Positions 7,842-15,712 of a DNA stretch of 32,000 bases are shown piece after piece. Below the pieces are notes generated by a model. It was not told the origin of the DNA, made no database searches, and saw nothing but the letters and a program-made list of their open reading frames with translations. Each line of letters starts with the position of its first letter. The stretch's first letter is position 1. Source of the stretch: Chloroflexota bacterium. Lineage in GTDB: Bacteria; Chloroflexota; UBA11872; VXOZ01. Location: assembly GCA_963663275.1 (NCBI GenBank), contig OY760183.1, positions 1,083,683 through 1,115,682 of the forward strand. The letters run 5' to 3'. The translations under genes were made by a program, and so were the position numbers.

Positions 7842-8977
7842 AAATCGTCGACATGCACGTCCGCGCCTTCACCTACCCCTCCCGCATCGTGCGGGATACC
7901 GAAGGCCACACCCATCCCGGCCCGGAGCATGAAGCCACCCAATCGCTGCTCACCGTTGTCGCGGACGACGGCGCGGTCGGCTATTGCTTTGGCGCGCCGA
8001 GCCCCGGCGTGTTGGAGGACGTCATCAAGCCCGCCATCATGGGCGAAGACCCCATGTACCGCGAGCGCATCTGGAAGACCCTGCACCACTGGCAGCGCAT
8101 GTCCCGCGATTTGACCGACCGGGCGCTGGGCGCGGTGGACATGGCGATTTGGGACCTGGTGGGCCGCGCCCTGGGGCAGCCGGTCTACAAGCTGCTGGGC
8201 GCGACCCGCGACAAAGTGCCGGCCTACGCCAGCACCATGTGCGGCGACGAAATCGCGGGCGGCCTGAGCACGCCGGAGGAGTACGGCGCGTTCGCACTGC
8301 AATGCAAGGAGCGCGGCTATCCGGCTTTCAAGCTGCACACCTGGATGCCGCCGATCGCCTGGGCGCCGGACCCGAAGATGGACATCGCCGCCTGCGCCGC
8401 CGTGCGCGAGGCCGTGGGCGCTGAGATGGACCTCATGCTCGACTGCTACCACTTCTACAGCCGCGCGGATGCGCTATACATCGGCCGGGCGTTGGAAGAC
8501 CTCGACTACTACTGGTTCGAGGAGCCGATGGACGAGTTCAGCACGTCATCGTACGTCTGGCTGGCCGACCAGCTTGACATTCCCGTGGTCGGGCCGGAAA
8601 CCGCCGACGGCAAGATGTACACCCGCGCCGAGTGGCTTGCCCGGGGCGCGGCCGACATCAGCCGGGGCGGCGTGAGCGACGTGGGCGGCATTACGCCCCT
8701 GATGAAGGTCGTCCACCTCTGCGAGGCGTTCAACGTGCAGATGGAGGTGCACGGCGGCGGCCCCGGCAACCTGCACGCCCTCTGCGCCATGAACTACCCG
8801 GGCAAGTACTACGAACGCGGCCTTCTGCACCCCCACATCGACTACGAGGAAGTGGAACCCTGGCTCAACCGCAAAACCGACCCCATGGACAACACGGGCA
8901 ACGTCCACGTCTCCCAAGAGCCGGGCCTCGGCTGGGACATCGATTGGGACTACATCGACGCCCACACGGTGACTTGA
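7838..8977 (+). CDS. Mandelate racemase/muconate lactonizing enzyme family protein (enolase superfamily; sugar-acid dehydratase/cycloisomerase-like)
   Basis: ORF 7832-8977; ATG at 7838 with GGAG 11 nt upstream. It has the N-terminal capping domain and barrel motifs FKLHTW, MLDCYHFY and YWFEEP typical of MR/MLE members. Confidence 0.88.
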   Translation: MKIVDMHVRAFTYPSRIVRDTEGHTHPGPEHEATQSLLTVVADDGAVGYCFGAPSPGVLEDVIKPAIMGEDPMYRERIWKTLHHWQRMSRDLTDRALGAVDMAIWDLVGRALGQPVYKLLGATRDKVPAYASTMCGDEIAGGLSTPEEYGAFALQCKERGYPAFKLHTWMPPIAWAPDPKMDIAACAAVREAVGAEMDLMLDCYHFYSRADALYIGRALEDLDYYWFEEPMDEFSTSSYVWLADQLDIPVVGPETADGKMYTRAEWLARGAADISRGGVSDVGGITPLMKVVHLCEAFNVQMEVHGGGPGNLHALCAMNYPGKYYERGLLHPHIDYEEVEPWLNRKTDPMDNTGNVHVSQEPGLGWDIDWDYIDAHTVT

Positions 8978-8989
8978 ACACCAGGCTCC

Positions 8990-9226
8990 CTATGGCAGGA
9001 GCTTTATCAAGCCGACGGTGAGACTGGTCGTGAGCGTGACGTTGACCAACACAATCGTCAGCGCCATTTTGTAGAGGTCGATCTTGCTGGCGAGGCGGTT
9101 TAGTTTCTCGTCAAGGTACTCCTTTGTCGCCGCTTCACCGTTCCTGACCGTGACAACCGCCTCCGCCTGGGCTTCATCGAATCCCGCCGCTATGAGGGAC
9201 TTCACCATCTTATGTGTGTCAGCCAT
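8990..9226 (-). CDS. DUF1640-like small protein with a C-terminal TM helix
   Basis: ORF 8990-9253. MADTHKMVKSLIAAGFDEAQAEAVV matches the DUF1640 N-terminal pattern. A coiled coil is followed by the hydrophobic tail ALTIVLVNVTLTTSLTVGLIKLL. The start could be 9226, 9241 or 9253. Lower G+C (32/60 at 9001-9060). Confidence 0.6.
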   Translation of the reverse strand: MADTHKMVKSLIAAGFDEAQAEAVVTVRNGEAATKEYLDEKLNRLASKIDLYKMALTIVLVNVTLTTSLTVGLIKLLP

Positions 9227-9364
9227 AGCAATCTCAGTCATCCGAAGATGCATTCTTGCTCAGTTTCCTCTATCAAAGCTACCCCAAATCGGCTCTTCAC
9301 CCCAGACATGCTTCGCAACGCCGCGTCACGCAGGTAGTACCGGAAGGGCGCGGTCACGCGCCAA

Positions 9365-11839
9365 CTAAGCAGGCTGCGGTGCCGGCGTGGGGGTAGGCGT
9401 AGGAATAGGCGTGGGGGTAGGCGTGGGGGTAGGCGTCGGTGTCGGCGTGGGACTGGCCGGACACGTTACCGAGATGGAGGTCGTGGTTTGTGGGCCCCAG
9501 GCGTCGCGATAGGTCTCACCATCGCCCTTTGCCACGCCGTTGACGTTGAACGTGAGCGTCTGGCCGCCTTGCGAGGCTGAGCACACGGTGGCCCCGTAGT
9601 CCTTCGAATAGGGTTGGCCCTTCTTGAAGTCTCCGGTCCGGCCGGTCTGGGTATTGAAGAGATTGCCGCTCGTCTTTACTTCCGCAACCCCGCTTGCGAG
9701 CGTTACCGTGAGCGTGACCGTTATCGCGTCCCCACTGGGACTGCTCGACAGGCTGAGCGAGGGCGAGGGCGGCAGCGCTAGCGTCGGGGTAGGCGTGGGC
9801 GTGGGCGGTGGCTCCCCAGGGCAGGTTACCGAGATGGTGGACGTGCTTGGCGAACTCCAAGCGTCACGGTAGATTACGCCGTCGCCATTCGCCACCACGT
9901 TGACGGTGAAGTCAAGCGTCTGGCCGGCTTGTCCGGATGAGCACACGTGTTCCGAAAAGCTTGCCGAATACGTGCCTTGGTTATTGCCCCGCGACCAGCC
10001 GCTCGTGAAGAGATTGCCGCTGAACCGTATCCCGTCAACCCCGTTCTCGAACGTCACCGACGCGATGACCATCATAGAGAGGCCGTTATTGGGGACGCTC
10101 GACGTAGTGCTGGAGAGGGACAGGGAAGGCGCGGATGGCAGCGGCAGTGTGGGCGTCGGCACGGGCGTTGGCGTGGCGCCGCCGGGGCAGGTTACCGAGA
10201 TGGTGGACGTGCCCTGCGGGCCCCAGGCGTCGCGATAGATCGCGCCGTCGCCCTTTGCCACGCCGTTGACGGCAAAGCTCAGCGTCTGGCCGCCTTGCGC
10301 GGCGGTGCAAACCTGGGCTGTGTAGTCTACGGAATACGGCTGACCCTTCAGGAAGTTCCCGGTCCGGCCGGTCTGGGTGTTGAAGAGGTTGCCGCTGGTC
10401 CGCGCTTCCGCTACCCCGTATGGAATCGTTACCGTGAGCGTAATCGTTATGTCGTTCTCATTGGGACTACTCGACAGGCTGAGTGAGGGCGACGGCGGCA
10501 GCGGCAATGTTGTGGGCGTAGGCGAACCACCCGGCGTTGGCGTGGTCTGCGGGACGGTCGGCGTGGTCTGCGGTACCGTTGGCGTGACTGATGGCGCCGG
10601 TGTTGGGCCTCCAGGCGTGGGCGTTGACCCAGGATCCACCGAGGGCGGCGGCGCGGGCCCCGTTCCAGGCGGGGGCGCCGGCAGCGCCGTGGTCGGGAAC
10701 GGACACGTCACGGTGACACCAATGTAATCGCTCCAGTCCGACCAGGCCTGCCGGTAGGTTTCACCGTCGCCAAACGCGCGCAGGCGCAGGAAGTGCGTAG
10801 CCGTCTCGCCGGCCTGGCTGGGCAGGCAGACCAAGGCGGACGTAGGCGGCGTCTGCTCGCTCGTCCACGTGTGGCTGCCGGCAATGCCGTCGGTTTCAAT
10901 CGAGGCCACGCCTTCCGGCCAGGAATAGCTCCACCGCACTTCCACCACGCCTTTGTCCGACCACGCGTTGTAGTTCTCCACGTGAATGCCGTAGTCAAGC
11001 GATACCGCCGGGACTGGCGGCGGCGGCAGCCCGCCGTCGGCCGGCGTCGGCGTCAGCGCGGGCGTGGGAATATGCCCCGACGCGTCGGGGCAGGACGCCG
11101 TGTGCGTGAGCAAGCGCAACTGGCCCGGGCCGGAGCGGTAGGTCACGCCATCGCCCGCGGAGGTGAGAATGACCGCAATCGCCAGCGACTGATCCGCGTC
11201 CGCCGGAGGGCAGACATAGGCATGGTAACTCTCGGCGTTGCCGTCGCTTTCCAGCAGCGAGAACGGCGCGCCGCCCGACCAGGATATGCTGCCGCTGGTG
11301 TCTGACGGCCACTGCACGGAAAAGACGACTTCGACGAGCAGGTCCTGCCGGCCGGAAGCGCCGCTGCCAATGCTCCCCGCGGGAGCGGGCGCTAACGGCA
11401 GTACGGGAGTCGGCGTTGCCTGGGGTTCCTGCGCGTCTGAATCGCTGTCTGGAACGTAATCAGGTTCCTGCGTGCCTGAATCGCTGCCGGCCACGTAATC
11501 GGGTTCCCACGGGAACCGCTCGCTATTCAGGCGCTGCTGGAGTCCATACGGGCCGTTGACCCAGGTGTAGTGGCCGTCGGTGAAGGCCGTATAGTTGTCG
11601 GACTTGCGCCAGACCATGAGCCCGCCGGTGGTGGACTGGGTGCTGTCGCCGTTGGCGCTATGCTGCTCGTTGCTCAAGCAGTCGCCCACAGTGTCATGGC
11701 CGATGAGGTCGCGCAGGGTCTTGAAACCAAGACGGAATTCGCAATCGGCAGCCGTTGCCGACGACACGACAAGCGCGGCAAACGCGAAACCAAGCAAAAT
11801 TCCGACAACAGAACGTCGTAGCCGGGCCGGCAGAAACAT
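9365..11839 (-). CDS. Secreted 824-aa repeat protein: signal peptide, N-terminal Cys-containing domain, five ~100-aa Cys-pair modules joined by Pro/Thr linkers, (PT)n tail
   Basis: ORF 9365-11890; the internal ATG at 11839 gives MFLPARLRRSVVGILLGFAFAALVVSSATA|ADCEF (signal-peptide-like). Modules each contain ...VC...GDG..YR.AW...TCP. The C-terminus is PTPTPTPTPTPTPIPTPTPTPAPQPA. Confidence 0.85.
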   Translation of the reverse strand: MFLPARLRRSVVGILLGFAFAALVVSSATAADCEFRLGFKTLRDLIGHDTVGDCLSNEQHSANGDSTQSTTGGLMVWRKSDNYTAFTDGHYTWVNGPYGLQQRLNSERFPWEPDYVAGSDSGTQEPDYVPDSDSDAQEPQATPTPVLPLAPAPAGSIGSGASGRQDLLVEVVFSVQWPSDTSGSISWSGGAPFSLLESDGNAESYHAYVCPPADADQSLAIAVILTSAGDGVTYRSGPGQLRLLTHTASCPDASGHIPTPALTPTPADGGLPPPPVPAVSLDYGIHVENYNAWSDKGVVEVRWSYSWPEGVASIETDGIAGSHTWTSEQTPPTSALVCLPSQAGETATHFLRLRAFGDGETYRQAWSDWSDYIGVTVTCPFPTTALPAPPPGTGPAPPPSVDPGSTPTPGGPTPAPSVTPTVPQTTPTVPQTTPTPGGSPTPTTLPLPPSPSLSLSSSPNENDITITLTVTIPYGVAEARTSGNLFNTQTGRTGNFLKGQPYSVDYTAQVCTAAQGGQTLSFAVNGVAKGDGAIYRDAWGPQGTSTISVTCPGGATPTPVPTPTLPLPSAPSLSLSSTTSSVPNNGLSMMVIASVTFENGVDGIRFSGNLFTSGWSRGNNQGTYSASFSEHVCSSGQAGQTLDFTVNVVANGDGVIYRDAWSSPSTSTISVTCPGEPPPTPTPTPTLALPPSPSLSLSSSPSGDAITVTLTVTLASGVAEVKTSGNLFNTQTGRTGDFKKGQPYSKDYGATVCSASQGGQTLTFNVNGVAKGDGETYRDAWGPQTTTSISVTCPASPTPTPTPTPTPTPTPIPTPTPTPAPQPA
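9440..10540. repeat. Intragenic tandem triplication (about 360-366 bp units) inside the secreted repeat protein gene
   Basis: The marker gttaccgagatgg recurs at 9465, 9825 and 10191 (spacing 360 and 366 bp). Units 1 and 3 encode nearly identical modules (NLFNTQTGRTG[D/N]F.KGQPYS.DY); the middle unit has diverged. Confidence 0.85.
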
Positions 11840-11970
11840 CGCCGTAATCTCTCTCACAACCGATTCCGATGCAGTATGGGCGGGAGGCATTGCGCCCCAT
11901 AGCGCATTACCGTGTGCGAAACTCTACCAAAATGCTAGCGAACTGTCTAGATTGAGAGAGCCGTCAGAGG

Positions 11971-12000
11971 CGTAGGGGCGGTTCGCGAACCGCCCCTACG
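11971..12000. repeat. Perfect 30-bp palindrome, REP family C (cgtaggggcggttcgcgaaccgcccctacg)
   Basis: Read directly; an identical copy lies at 31181-31209. It sits about 80 nt downstream of the oxidoreductase stop, so it may also act as a transcript-end hairpin. Confidence 0.9.
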
Positions 12001-12077
12001 GAAACCACAATACCTCAGGGCATTGAAGCACGGGAGCGCGTGTATCGAATAGTCGCGTGAAACCTGATCGTCAATTC

Positions 12078-13103
12078 CTACCACGACGTGAGGCCGGTGT
12101 AGAGGTCTGGCGGGATGCGCACGACTGCGCCGGTGCGGGTGGACTCTTCGCAGGCCAGGGCGACGGCGACGATGTAGCGTCCCCAGAGTCCGTCTACCGG
12201 CGGCGCGGTATCGGACTGGATGGCGTCTATCAGGCCGGACAGTTCCAGCGCGAAAGCGCCCGCATAGTCCTGCCCGGCGGCAATGGATTGCTCGACGTAT
12301 TCCGCGCCCGCGCTGAGCCAGAGGCGGTCGTCGCGGGTTTGCGCGCGCACGCTTGCCCGCGTGCCGATGAGTTCCACCTCGTTGCGCTCCGGCCCTTCTT
12401 GCGAATAGCCGGTGTGGTGCAGCGTGGCGTGGGCGCCGTTGGCGAAGTCCAGCCACGCCAGGCCGGTATCGTCGGCGTTCTGGCCGACCATCGGATTGCT
12501 CACCCAGGCGCGCACGGCGGTTATTGGGCTGCCGATGAGCCACGTGAGGCGGTCGAGCATGTGCACGCCGTTCATGTACCACATGCCGCCGCCGCCTTCC
12601 GCGCGGTTCAGAAACCAGGGCGGGCGGTTGGCCAGGTCGAACGTGCGGTACCAGGTGTCGGTGGCAAAGACGATGTTGCCTAGCTTTCCCTCTTGAATGA
12701 GCCGCTTGGCCGCCAGGCCGGCGGGTAGAAAATGCTCCGTGTGCGCCACCAGCAGTTTGACGCCGGCCTCCTCAGCAGCGGCGATGATGGCGTCGCAGTC
12801 GGCTATCGTCATCGCCATGGGCTTCTCCAAGAAGACGTGCTTGCCGGCCGCGCACGCGGCGAGCGTGACCTCCGTGTGCAGGTAGTGCGGCAGCCCGATC
12901 ATGACGATGTCCACCTGCGGATCCGCGAGGAGATCGGTGTGGCTGGCGTACGCGGCGCAGGGGTGCGCGCGCGTGAACTGCCGCCGCCGCTCTTCATCCG
13001 GCTCGGCAAGCGCCGCTAACTGTGCTTCCGGCACGGCGCCAATCGCCTGCGCGTGTCCGCCGCTCACCCGGCTCGCGCCGATGATGCCTACACCGTATGC
13101 CAT
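12078..13103 (-). CDS. Gfo/Idh/MocA-family NAD(P)-dependent oxidoreductase
   Basis: ORF 12078-13109; ATG at 13103 lies 8 nt downstream of AGGAG. Rossmann N-terminus VGIIGASRVSGGHAQAI and the family motif VFLEKPMA are present. Confidence 0.9.
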   Translation of the reverse strand: MAYGVGIIGASRVSGGHAQAIGAVPEAQLAALAEPDEERRRQFTRAHPCAAYASHTDLLADPQVDIVMIGLPHYLHTEVTLAACAAGKHVFLEKPMAMTIADCDAIIAAAEEAGVKLLVAHTEHFLPAGLAAKRLIQEGKLGNIVFATDTWYRTFDLANRPPWFLNRAEGGGGMWYMNGVHMLDRLTWLIGSPITAVRAWVSNPMVGQNADDTGLAWLDFANGAHATLHHTGYSQEGPERNEVELIGTRASVRAQTRDDRLWLSAGAEYVEQSIAAGQDYAGAFALELSGLIDAIQSDTAPPVDGLWGRYIVAVALACEESTRTGAVVRIPPDLYTGLTSW

Positions 13104-13166
13104 GTACACCGCTCCTCGCTATCTGCCATGCCGCATGTCAACCGCAACCTCGACACCGGCCCAATC

Positions 13167-13797
13167 GTAGCGCGGGGGCTTGTCCCCCGCCTCTTCGCGC
13201 CGGCGCAGGTTTGTAACCTGCGCTACCGGACATCTGGTTACAAACCTGCGGTATGGGACCTCTGGTTACGAACCTGCACAACCGGACACGTGGTTACAAA
13301 CCTGCGGTACGGGATCTCTGGTTTCGAACCTGGGCTACCGGATGCTCGGCGGCTATGATCCGATTCTCGTCAATCACCATCACGCCTGCCGCCAACACGT
13401 AGCGCGGGGGTTCATCCCCCGCCTCTTCGCACCGGCGCAGGTTACAAACCTGCGCTACCGGATACTTGCAAGACCCAATTCTCGTCTATCGCCACTACGC
13501 CCGCCGCCAACACGTAGCGCGGGGGCTTGTCCCCCGCCTCTTCACCCCGCCGCAGGTTACAAACCTGCGCTACCGGACACTTGCAAAACCCGATTCTCAT
13601 CTATCGCCACCACGCCTGCCGCCAACACGTAGCGCGGGGTCTTGTCCCCCGCCTCTTCGCACCAGCGCAGGTTATAAACCTGCGCTACCGGATGCTCGGC
13701 GGCCATGCCCCGATTCTCGTCAATCGCCATCACGCCTGCCGCCAACACGTAGCGCGGGGGTTCATCCCCCGCCTCTTCGCGGGCAAGCCGCTCTGGG
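13167..13797. repeat. Higher-order tandem array 1: composite REP units (family A + family B, reverse orientation) with 115-120 bp period
   Basis: Units start at 13167 (a long 232-bp first unit with extra family-B hairpins), 13399, 13514, 13629 and 13749 (truncated). The whole unit is conserved, with two alternating tail subtypes (tgctcggcgg... versus acttgcaa...). Confidence 0.9.
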
Positions 13798-13866
13798 CAC
13801 TGGCCTTCCACTCGCTGAGCCGCTTTGCCTTCAAGAGTCACCGGCCTGACCGCAAAGCCTACACTA

Positions 13867-14155
13867 CCGGGATACGTCACAGGTTACAAACCTGTGCTAC
13901 CTATGCCCCTGCCCAACGACATCGATGGGTTGCGCCACCGGCCGCGCGCCACGTTCCGGTAGCGCAGGTTTGTAACCTGCGACAACGGTTGCCCCTGGCT
14001 AGCGACATCGATGCGTTGCATTGCCGGCCGCGCGTCACGCTCCGGTAGCGCAGGTTTGTAACCTGCGACAACGGTTACCCCTGGCTACCGACATCGATGC
14101 GTTGCATTACCGGCCGCGCGCCACGTTCCGGTAGCGCAGGTTTGTAACCTGCGCA
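13867..14155. repeat. Higher-order tandem array 2: 86-89 bp units built around the family B hairpin (forward orientation)
   Basis: Units start at 13867, 13956 and 14042, plus a partial unit at 14128. Unit: ccggtagcgcaggtttgtaacctgcgacaacggtt.cccctggcta.cgacatcgatgcgttgcatt.ccggccgcgcg.cacg.t. Confidence 0.9.
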
Positions 14156-14232
14156 AGGGTGGGGTCGATGTGTGGGCGCCGTTTTATCATGCCAAGTCGC
14201 CGGTGATCGGTTTTCGCGCAACATACTTCGGC

Positions 14233-14295
14233 GGGGGACAAGCCCCCGCGCTACGCCTGTGAGACAGTATCGGGAAAGAGCCGCCGCGCTACGAC
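14233..14295. repeat. Extended family A unit (hairpin + cgcctgtgagacagtatcgggaaagagccgccgcgctacg)
   Basis: A near-identical extended unit is found at 15523-15585, on the far side of the IS. Confidence 0.8.
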
Positions 14296-14326
14296 GATGT
14301 TTCTTCTCAGTCAGGCGGGGGACAAG

Positions 14327-15526
14327 CCCCAATGCTGTCGCATTAACCGCTGAAGCGGAGTGCGCGGGGCAAGGAAGCGGCAAGCGTTCGCAGCCAGGAG
14401 ACGCGAGTGCTGCTAGCTGGACGTAGTTCCTCCAAGAGCTGTGCGAGCACGGCCACGATGCTGGCGACCACCAAGGTGAGCCAGACGGCGGCACGGCTGT
14501 ATCCAATGGGGCGGATTGCGCCCAACACATGCTTCAGCCAGCGAAAGAACAACTCGATCTGCCAGCGCTTGCGGTAGAGCCACACCACCTCTGGAGCGCT
14601 CAGGTCGTGACGGTCGGTGATGAAGTGGTGCGTTTTCCCCTGCGCCGTGCGGCTGACCACCAGGCGCATCTCTGCTAAGACCGCGCCGTTGCGGTTGTTG
14701 GCGCTGCCCAGCACGATCACCGCATCCCGCACCACCACGTCTCCTGCCGGCGTGCGCGCGCCGGTCACGGCACGCTCGCGCACCACGCAGTAGGCAGCCT
14801 GCGGGTGCAGGCGCGTCACGAAGTGCACACCTGCCTCCCGCATCTGCGCAAAGACCCGATGCGCGTAGTAGCCCAAGTCTAGCAAGAGCGTCCAGCCCTG
14901 CCACCGCGCCAGACCCCAACGCTTGAACGCCGTCACGTCATTCGCGTCCGCCAACGTCACCTGTAACCGCGTCGGCACCTGTGTGTCCACGGCATATGCC
15001 ATCTGCAGCCGTACTCCCGCCTCATGCCCTTGGTGCACGCTCCACGGACTACACGCCGCGCTCAGCGCCAGAAAACTGCCGTCCACCGCCACCACCCGCC
15101 GTACGTGCGCCGGCCCACGTGCTTGCACCTGCCGCGCCAACACCTCCCACGCCGCCGTAAAACACGCCAACGGCCGCGTCTGGGATGAACGTGCCAACTG
15201 ACTGTAACTTATGCCCGACGCTAAACCCAACCGCCGTCGCCACACCACATCACCCATCTGCAGCCCATGGCTTTGCCGCAGGCTCCCACTCCCACTCAGC
15301 ACGTGACCAAGCAGCATCCCCACATGCGCTCGCACCGAAAAATGCTTGCGATAGCGATCCGCTCCCCTCACCCGTGCTGCCGCCGTCAGCGCCGGCTCCA
15401 ACTCACGCCATAGCCGCCGTCCTACTCCTACCGTCTGTGCTACCATTAGCCAGGGCTCCTTTGTAAGATATATCGCTCATTACCTTACTAAAGTAGCCCC
15501 TTCACTTTAATGCGACAACATTGGGG
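14327..15526 (-). mobile_element. IS4-family insertion sequence (about 1.2 kb) inserted into a family A REP hairpin
   Basis: Terminal inverted repeats (cccc)aatgctgtcgcattaa at 14327-14346 and ttaatgcgacaacatt(gggg) at 15507-15526, with 1 mismatch. The flanks ...gcgggggacaagcccc and ggggacaagcccccgcgctac... rebuild one intact REP. A single DDE transposase ORF lies inside. Confidence 0.85.
14343..15446 (-). CDS. IS4-family DDE transposase
   Basis: 367-aa ORF. Candidate D (VVAVDGSF), D (LLLDLGYYA) and E within the YREK signature YRKRWQIELFFRWLK (Y-x2-R-x3-E-x6-K). The stop codon lies inside the left terminal repeat. Confidence 0.9.
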   Translation of the reverse strand: MVAQTVGVGRRLWRELEPALTAAARVRGADRYRKHFSVRAHVGMLLGHVLSGSGSLRQSHGLQMGDVVWRRRLGLASGISYSQLARSSQTRPLACFTAAWEVLARQVQARGPAHVRRVVAVDGSFLALSAACSPWSVHQGHEAGVRLQMAYAVDTQVPTRLQVTLADANDVTAFKRWGLARWQGWTLLLDLGYYAHRVFAQMREAGVHFVTRLHPQAAYCVVRERAVTGARTPAGDVVVRDAVIVLGSANNRNGAVLAEMRLVVSRTAQGKTHHFITDRHDLSAPEVVWLYRKRWQIELFFRWLKHVLGAIRPIGYSRAAVWLTLVVASIVAVLAQLLEELRPASSTRVSWLRTLAASLPRALRFSG

Positions 15527-15585
15527 ACAAGCCCCCGCGCTACGCCTGTGCGGCAGAATTGGGAAAAGGCCCCTGCGCTACGGGT
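15523..15585. repeat. Extended family A unit (right half of the REP split by the IS)
   Basis: ggggacaagcccccgcgctacgcctgtgcggcagaattgggaaaaggcccctgcgctacg aligns with 14233-14295. Confidence 0.8.
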
Positions 15586-15653
15586 TGCGAAATCATCCCA
15601 ATCTTGTACTGCAAGAGCGCACACGAACGGAATGCACGCGCTTCGCATAGAAA

Positions 15654-15689
15654 GAGAGGCCGTTTCCCGCGCCCAGGAAACGGCCTCTC
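15654..15689 (-). terminator. Intrinsic-terminator-like hairpin downstream of the yeeE/yeeD-like operon
   Basis: 14-bp GC-rich stem gagaggccgtttcc / ggaaacggcctctc with an 8-nt loop, 24 nt after the TAG at 15713-15715. On the minus-strand transcript it is followed by UUUCUAU. Confidence 0.65.
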
Positions 15690-15712
15690 CTCAATCTCAG
15701 GGGAACGGATCG

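Noticed and set aside
9365-11890. Diversity-generating or phase-variable system in the repeat protein gene; also the upstream ATG at 11890
   Set aside because: No reverse transcriptase or template repeat lies nearby. The divergence between modules is spread over whole loops rather than being adenine-specific. The start at 11839 gives a canonical signal peptide, whereas 11890 adds 17 non-hydrophobic residues.
13180-14048. ORFs of 150, 127 and 173 aa running through the repeat arrays
   Set aside because: Their translations are reiterations of the REP-encoded peptides (VTNLRY, RGLVPRLF...). They exist only because the repeats lack stops in those frames, and no ribosome-binding sites are present.
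13167-14155. Regularly spaced repeats that could be mistaken for a CRISPR array
   Set aside because: The sequence between the hairpins is itself conserved from unit to unit (only two tail subtypes), so there are no unique spacers. Units are 86-120 bp composite REPs, and no cas genes or leader are present.
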